Shown here piece by piece: positions 56,901-64,000 of a stretch of DNA of 64,000 nt (its first letter is position 1; every line of letters starts with the position of its first letter). The DNA is from Flectonema sp. DT1601 (lineage: Eukaryota): the NCBI GenBank assembly GCA_964019425.1, contig OZ025787.1:558001-622000 (forward strand). Direction: 5' to 3'. The translations under genes were made by a program, and so were the position numbers. The notes beneath the pieces were generated by a model, which saw nothing but the letters and a program-made list of their open reading frames with translations, ran no database searches and had not been told where the DNA came from.

Positions 56901-59900
56901 TGATAATTGTAGTGATGCTATTTACAAAGACAGAAGACAGAACTCAGTAAGGTTTAAGTTCACCAGACCAATAGAATTGAGCCGTGCTTTAGTCTGTTCA
57001 GATTCAGACACGAATCCGACGTTGGTATTGACGCCTCCGAAAGTAAATTGCAACCCCTGCTCTGGGGAGCAAGCATCTCCGCCAATCCGACAAAACCGAG
57101 CGAAGTTTGTTGAAAGTGATGAAGTTTCAAAACCGAAAGATACGAACTGCATGATTACGACCAGCCCGAATTTACTTCAAACTCGTCGGTCTACTTTCGG
57201 GTTTGGTTACGAAAGTGCGTCATCAATTGCTTCCTCTTCTGACTTCGATCAGAATAGTACTAATTTTGATCACAATCAGAGCTCATGTCTAACTGGACGT
57301 AAAGCACTAGTACCTCTTATAGACGGAGGGTCACAGGGTTCTCCTTTAGGGATGTTAAAACCGGAAAACTCTCAAACAAGAAGAGTCGCTCTAATCGAAC
57401 CTGTTACTCGAACCAGCAGCGACCGCAGCAATTCCGTCAGAAGTGCGATGAAGAGAAAGAGTAGCGGATTCACTTTAGCAACAGATAGTTTAACACCACT
57501 TCCTATGAAGGGAAGCAGATCAATGTCTGTTTACAGTTTTGGTTCTGGAAGGAAGTCTTTTCAAGTTGAAAAGACAGTCAAGGCTGTCGTGGGTACCAGT
57601 ACGATGCTAAACAAAGCACATACCAACCAACTTCCACCTCAAAAAGTTTCTTCCATGGAATTTATCGACTTTGACATCCCGAGAAAAGAGAGAACTGAGA
57701 CACCTCCTGCGCATCACCGCGGACCAAATATTTTATACCAATCTTGTAAAGCTGCAAGGGTCATGGTGACTTGGGAATATTTTGATTCTGTTGTGTTGGT
57801 ATTAATAGTAATTAATATTGTATTCATTGCAATGGATAATCCAAACACTCAAGACAATGAACCTGAGTTAAATGAAGTAGTGCTGTATGTTGATTGGGCA
57901 TTTGTACTCATCTACGCCCTGGAGATGATCGCTAAGATGATGGCGTTTAGTGTTGTTGGATTCTTTAATGATCCTTGGAACACATTAGACGCAGTAGTTG
58001 TAGGTTGTTCAATAGTAGGTGTATTCGTAAGGGTACTAAGGAGTATAAGATCACTTCGAATACTCAGATTAGTCTCTTCCGGATCACAAGAAATGAGAAT
58101 AGCTCTTACCACAGTAGTCTCCAGCATCCCTGGGATCAGAAATGTCGTTCTCATTTCAACTATCGTTTGGTTAATGTTTGCAGTTATCGGAGTTCAACTA
58201 TTCAAGGGAGCCCTCTACGCTTGCACTGATCCCGCTACTCATTATAAAGTAAATTGCACTGGTTCGTTTAATCCTTCGTTACTAACTTTATTTGGTACTA
58301 TGCCTAATGCCGCTGCTACTATTGAAGCACGGTGGGAACCACATTGGTTTACTTTTGATGATGTTTTTGAGAGTATGTTCACACTATTTCAAGTTAGTGT
58401 TGGTGAAGGTTGGAAAGACATAATGTACAGAGCAATAGACGCTCCTGGTGTGGGTCAGGGACCTCGAACAAATGCGAATTCCGCCAGTGCGTTATTCTTT
58501 GTAGTGTTTGTCATTGTTGGTCAATTATTCTTTGTCAACATCTTTATAGGAGTTCTGATGCAACGATTCGCAGCTATTCGATTTCGAAATCAACGAGGAG
58601 CCTTTGAAACAGAAAATCAATACGAATGGTCACTAGCTCACAGAACTCTCCTCTCTGTTGACATATGTGATGACTTTAATAAGACTAGTTGTCTATCTCT
58701 TAAGTACCCAGAATTTCATAAATTCGTCACATCGAAAACAACTGAAGCCCTAATCACTATCTGTGTCATACTAAATGCGATAATGTTAAGTGTTCACCAC
58801 TACGATCATTCGGAAGGAGTCAGCACCGTATTAAAGATCGGAAATTGGTTTTTTCTCAGCATCTTCACCCTAGAAGCAATTGCGAAAATATCAGCTTTGT
58901 CAAAGTACTATTTTGAAGATGCTTGGAATCGATTTGATTTTTTAATACTTGGACTCTCTTGGTTGTCAGTTGCATTCTCATCTGGTGCAACGTCCGGCTT
59001 GCGAGTATTGCGTGTTGGTCGTGTTCTTAGACTCTTCACACGTGCAAAGAACTTACACAAATTATTTGCAACAATAATATCTGCGCTACCGTCATTGTTG
59101 AATGTTACTCTTCTGTTGTTTGTTGTTTTCTTTATTTTTGGAGTCTTTGGTGTCGATCTGTTCGGAAGAGCTGATGCCGTTCACAGATGGGCCAGTTTTA
59201 AGAACCTCTACTACGCATTGGTGACTCTATACCAAGTCTCAACAACAGAAAGATGGAACACAATAATGTTCACTGTCACTGAAAAGGGTTCAGGTGTTCC
59301 AGAAGGCAGCACAGTTGGGGGTGTTCACATCGCTATCGCGAGAGCATATTTCGTGTTATTTATTTTATTGGGTGTTTTTGTATTTCTGAATTTGTTCATT
59401 TATGTGATGCTTGAACACTTTGATCTCGAAGAAGAATCTCAGAGAATACAAGAAAAAGGTCTCAATCACAGAGCTGTTCTTCAGCAACTCCGTTCTGCAT
59501 GGAGGCTACATGATCCAAAACACACAGGCTTTATATCTGCTGCTGACTGTATTAGTGTACTTCAGAGCTTACCTGAACCGTTGTGGCTGCAGTCTGCTTG
59601 GTATGTCTTTTTCAATAAAATGAGATCGTTTTCTTTTTAACTTGAATTACTAATCCCTCGTCACACAAATAAATAAAACAGGTCAGTTCAGAACATGTTT
59701 AAAGGTCAGGATGTATCAAAGCGGAGAAGTAGATTTTTATGTACTCAGCAGCAGCTTCGCTCGTGTGTGATACCCCTCGATAAAGATCTTAAAGTGAGAT
59801 ACTTAGATGTGTTGAAGACTTTATCGTTAAAAGTTTTCGATGTTTGTATTCAGGCAGTCACACTTCCTGTCTTTAAACCATTTCAGTTTGAAGTTGAGGG

Positions 59901-62019
59901 TGTTTGGTCGCTTCACCATCATCACGCAGCTCTGTTTATGTCACAAAGTTGGATGAGACACCGCGTTCATCTGTTTAAAATAAAACGAACACAAGTTACA
60001 TTTCCGAGCTTCACATCCGCAGTCTTACTACAAGCAGTGTTCGCAAATCGATCATTAAACGCTAGTAAATTACAGTCTCGGTATTGGGCATTTCCACCTT
60101 ATTTTTTATCAAATTTCGATGTTTCGATTCTGACAGGTAGATGCGAGAGTCCTCCTGAATCACCACATTCGAGTATGTTTCAGGGTTATGAATTCCTATC
60201 TGACGGCAATACCGACTCAACTGATGATGATAATAAAGTAGTTGGACACTATTCAGAATTACTATCAAACTTTAACACACTTACAGATGAAGAACTTCAG
60301 ACTTATGGTTCACAGTACAGCAGGCAATCATCAGCTGATTTTGCCATCGTCCTTCCGAATAATGATCTTTATGAAGGTGACGTTGATGATGACGGACTTC
60401 CGCATGGATTTGGAATTCAATGCACAACACCAAAACAATTCTTTATTGGACATTGGGAACATGGAAAACGTTTAGGTCCTGGAACTGAATCTACTAAGCG
60501 AACATTAAAGAAAGGAATGTTTGAGAATGACACTCTTAACGACATGTTTGGAATTTGTGGATTTCGACAAACTGGAGCAGTATTCGTTGGAAGTTTTAAA
60601 AACGGAAATCCTTCTGGGGAATCTGGAACATTGTTTCACCAATCAGGTTTAATAATTAGCGGAACCTTCATCCCTGGAACGTATTCTCCAATAGGTAAGT
60701 GTACTTATCACCGTCAACAACGTGTTTCTGGAATATGGACTTCATCAGAGTTAAAGTTCGTTGCATCAAAAGGTAAATCATATGCACGGATACCTTCGTG
60801 TGATGATGGTGAAGGTGATATCGTATCTGGAAATGGTGATCACTACACCTGCCTTGATGACATAGATACGAATGAATTATTCAACTGCAACAACAACACA
60901 ACTGACGGCTATGAAACAACAGATAAGCCAAGTCCTACTGAAACAAATAACAGCATTGAAAGTCTTAATAAATCCACAACTACAATCTCAGGATCGAGGT
61001 CACCTTTAGATAGTAAGTTGCCCTCTATGAGTAGCACTTTCTTTTCTGGTGAATCTCCGAAGGAGCATCGACCCCATCGTAGGTCTCACGTATCACTAAC
61101 AGGAAACTTTATTCACATCGATACGTCGGGTGATATTATTTCAGGTGATTTCCAACATGGATTATTATTAAACGGTTCTCGTACGACTACAGTTGGATGT
61201 CTGTCGATCGTAGAGAAAGGAACATTTAGGGGATCATCTCCCTTCAAAATACTACACAGTGGTAGCCTCTCAGTGACATGTCCGATTAATTCAAATATAT
61301 GGAAAGCAATTACGTCAGCTAGTTGTAATCAGGAAACAAGTCTTGGAAATTCTCTCGATCGAAGAAGACAGAGGAAGAGAAGATCTCGTCAACAAGCTGC
61401 TGCGATTCGATTATGGGAACTGATCGGGTATTCACCAACGATAACGACACCTCAAAATAATAGTAACGATGAACTCATAAACATCACATACGAAGGTAGC
61501 TTTGGTCCATCAGGCATTCATAATGGAAGCGTCATAACAGCTGGAATTGGAAAAGCTGAACACTCTTCGGGAGGTTTTGAGCGATGGCTTCTACAAGGTG
61601 AAGGAAACCGAGTGTTAGAAAATAGAACTGAAGAAGGTCACTATACTCGTCATAGACTTAACGGTTGGTGTAAAATAACATCACCGATTACTACATTCAC
61701 TGGTAGATATCAATACGGAATGCCAAACGGACTTGCAAAAATATTTCTACAATCGCAATCAATGCGAGAAGGTATCTTCAGAGATGGTATGATCTGGACT
61801 GGTTCTGAAGCTGTTGAGGGAACTCCTAACGGATTCGGTCGGGGAATATTAATAACAGGAACAACCTTTGAAGGGAAATCAACAATGGGATGTCCTGTAG
61901 ACGGAATATTCACATTTCCTGACGGCAGAACGGAATCAATATCAAACATCTTCAACCTTGTATTATTTGATAACGGTGATGACTTACCTGATCCTGTAGC
62001 TGAGTGGTTGGAAATCTGA
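53953..62019 (+). CDS. Four-domain voltage-gated Ca2+-type channel (~2636 aa) with C-terminal EF-hand-like motif and MORN-like repeats; exons 53953-54562, 54638-59600, 59682-62019
   Basis: Four 6TM repeats with S4 segments (LRLLRCLRPLR, LRGFRFVRIVR, LRSIRSLRILR, LRVLRVGRVLR). Pore loops MTLDDW, TGETW, VGEGW, TTERW. WRLHDPKHTGFI. MORN-like YEGDVDDDGLPHGFG, FIGHWEHGKRLGPG, FTGRYQYGMPNGLA. Both GT-AG introns preserve the frame. Confidence 0.88.
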
Positions 62020-62569
62020 TTTGAGTTTCTTTGTTTTTTTATATAGTTTTTTTTATTATTAACTTTTAAATATTTCTTTTAATCACCTCGCCTGTGCAGA
62101 CAAAACAAGGCTGTGGGAGGACTAGTCTGGGTCTGCTTGTTCAGAGAATAAGCAAGCGTAGTGATTGGTTCTTTTTTTTTTTTTTTAATTTATTTTTAGT
62201 CTACGTACCTGTGTTCCTAATGAATAAAATACAAGGTGTGTAGCAACGAAATGCCTTACTGCCATTACTCAGTACGTTGGTACTCGGGCTTTGCACAAAT
62301 TTATTTTAGTTACAAAAATACTTAGTTAAAATACCTCCGTCTGCTTCCGCAGTGTTCGGAGGTGTAATTAATCTATTGTTGGATATGGTTCTCAATTACC
62401 CACGGAAGTGTCTTAAAAAACGATACTAATTGTAAAAAAAGATTTATTTATATAAAACAGGTCTAACATACACAACGAAGAATTGTTATATCTTTTTCTT
62501 TCTTTTTTTTTTTTTTTTTTTAAAACAAAAAAAATTGTTTACTTTATTTCTCACAGAGGAGGTAACAAA

Positions 62570-63623
62570 ATGCCTCCCGGAGGAGGAGGTAGAATTCGCG
62601 GCACCTCCTTCAAACAGGAGTACCGGGGTGGTGGTCCAAGCGCTTTCCAGCGGCTGAAGAACAAAGTATGTAAATATTATTATTACTTGTGTTGTGTAGT
62701 ATAAAGATAATCCCTAAAGTGATATTAACTAACAATAATTCAGGTTACCGGTCGCGCTCGTGCGCCTTCAATGATATCAGAAAAAGACAAGTCGATGCTC
62801 CCTCCTCAAACTAAAGATGACCGGGGGAGAGTTACGATCGTACTTGACCTTGACGAGACACTGATATATGCCCGTGAAGGTTTGTATCTTAACCTCTTGA
62901 GCAGCATATAAAAAGGTTAGTATTTATTACAATAAATCAATTAACTACAGGTCCTCTATATGCGAGACCTGGTCTTGATACACTTCTTGAAGTCTTGAAG
63001 GAACGGACAGAACCTGTCGTCTGGACGGCCGGAGTAAAAGCTTATGCGCAGGTCTGTTATTTTAACATTTTCAAACTGTTAAGCAGTCGTGTTGAGGGAA
63101 GAAAATAATTCACAATATACAACACAGGCGGTTATCAGAAATATAGATAAGAAAAGTATCATAAAGCACTGCGTCTACCGACACAAGAAATGGTTTTCGG
63201 TATGTGTAACTGTTCCTCACTAGAACAAAAAAAAACATACACACAACACACACACATAAACAGGGATGTGCTGGGTACAACAAAGACCTGACCCTTCTTG
63301 GAAGAGACATGGATAAATTACTTATCTTAGAAAACACTCCTGACTGTGTTCGGGGTAACGAAGCGAATGGAATAGTCGTAACTGACTACGAGGGAGAGGG
63401 AGAGGACTACACTCTCCAAGCAATAACTGAACTTATAGTTGATATGGTAGACAGAGTAAATAATTCAGGTATAACTGTCCCTCAGTATATTAAAAGTACT
63501 CCACTACTACAAAAGAGAGAAATCTCGACAGACATTGGAGACTACCTCGAGGTCTATTGTCTCGATACGAATGATTTTATGGCTCAAAAGGCACTCAGAG
63601 TTAACCGTGATCTCAGACAGTAG
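62570..63623 (+). CDS. NIF/SCP-family DxDxT phosphatase, kinetoplastid PIP39-like; exons 62570-62665, 62744-62879, 62951-63051, 63128-63199, 63264-63623
   Basis: Spliced 254-aa product contains TIVLDLDETLIYAREGPLYARPG, VVWTAG, HCVYRHKKWF, KDLTLLGR, ILENTPDC. All four introns are GT-AG and in frame. Confidence 0.88.
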
Positions 63624-64000
63624 ATGGCAATAGCAAAATTAAGAGGGATTGAAGTCAGGTAAAGCACTTCACAAAGAGCGTCAGCATAGTTCTGATCCAG
63701 AACTTGCTTGCTTGGAAAAAGCTGTGGGAAAAAAAAAAAAAACAAGAAAAAAAAAAAACTACAATCTGTGGCAAATGACGAGTCGCAATAATGTTTTCTT
63801 TCCGTAAGTAAAGAAAAAAAGAAAAAGAAAAAAAGAAAAAGAAAATTGGCTACCTGTTACATTCTCTTGAAAAAAATTATTTAAAGTCTGCTGTCGGCTG
63901 TTGTGTGGCAGAATGTTTTTGATCCTTTGGCTTTCGTGTCAAAATGATCGAGACAAATGAAAAGGAAAAAAAAAAAAAAAGAAAATAACAAAAAGGAACA

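Noticed and set aside
59695..62019. 774-aa ORF as a stand-alone MORN gene (likewise 38485-39468, 39974-40315, 53953-54606, 63309-63623 as separate genes)
   Set aside because: Each joins its neighbour in frame through a canonical short GT-AG intron, so they are treated as exons pending RNA evidence.

Overview
Eukaryotic, AT-rich nuclear DNA, most consistent with a euglenozoan, probably diplonemid-like. This is inferred from all protein genes lying on the + strand, short GT-AG introns, a trypanosomatid-type receptor adenylate cyclase, GP63, a PIP39-like phosphatase and a euglenozoan-type LSU rRNA fragment. About 18 protein genes are supported: a PstS-domain receptor adenylate cyclase (5'-truncated), an oxidoreductase/LRR fusion, a USP53/54-type deubiquitinase, GP63, a hypothetical protein, GAA1, SufC, two LRR proteins, VAMP7, a ~2170-aa Cys-rich/Calx-beta surface protein, an EF-hand Kv channel, a SAM/WW protein, a TBC RabGAP, an HDHD3-like HAD hydrolase, a degenerate phosphagen kinase, a ~2640-aa four-domain Ca channel fused to MORN-like repeats, and an NIF/PIP39-like phosphatase. 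The gene-poor 13.9-24.3 kb region holds three DNA transposons and two LSU rRNA-derived fragments. The transposons are a MULE/Foldback-like element, an internally deleted piggyBac, and a 2-kb TIR element whose decayed reading frame retains ordered RuvC/Zn-finger motifs resembling a Fanzor (eukaryotic TnpB-like RNA-guided nuclease). The Fanzor-like relic is the most notable candidate, but it is recognised by eye across frameshifts and needs HMM confirmation. All family calls are motif-based; no searches were run.
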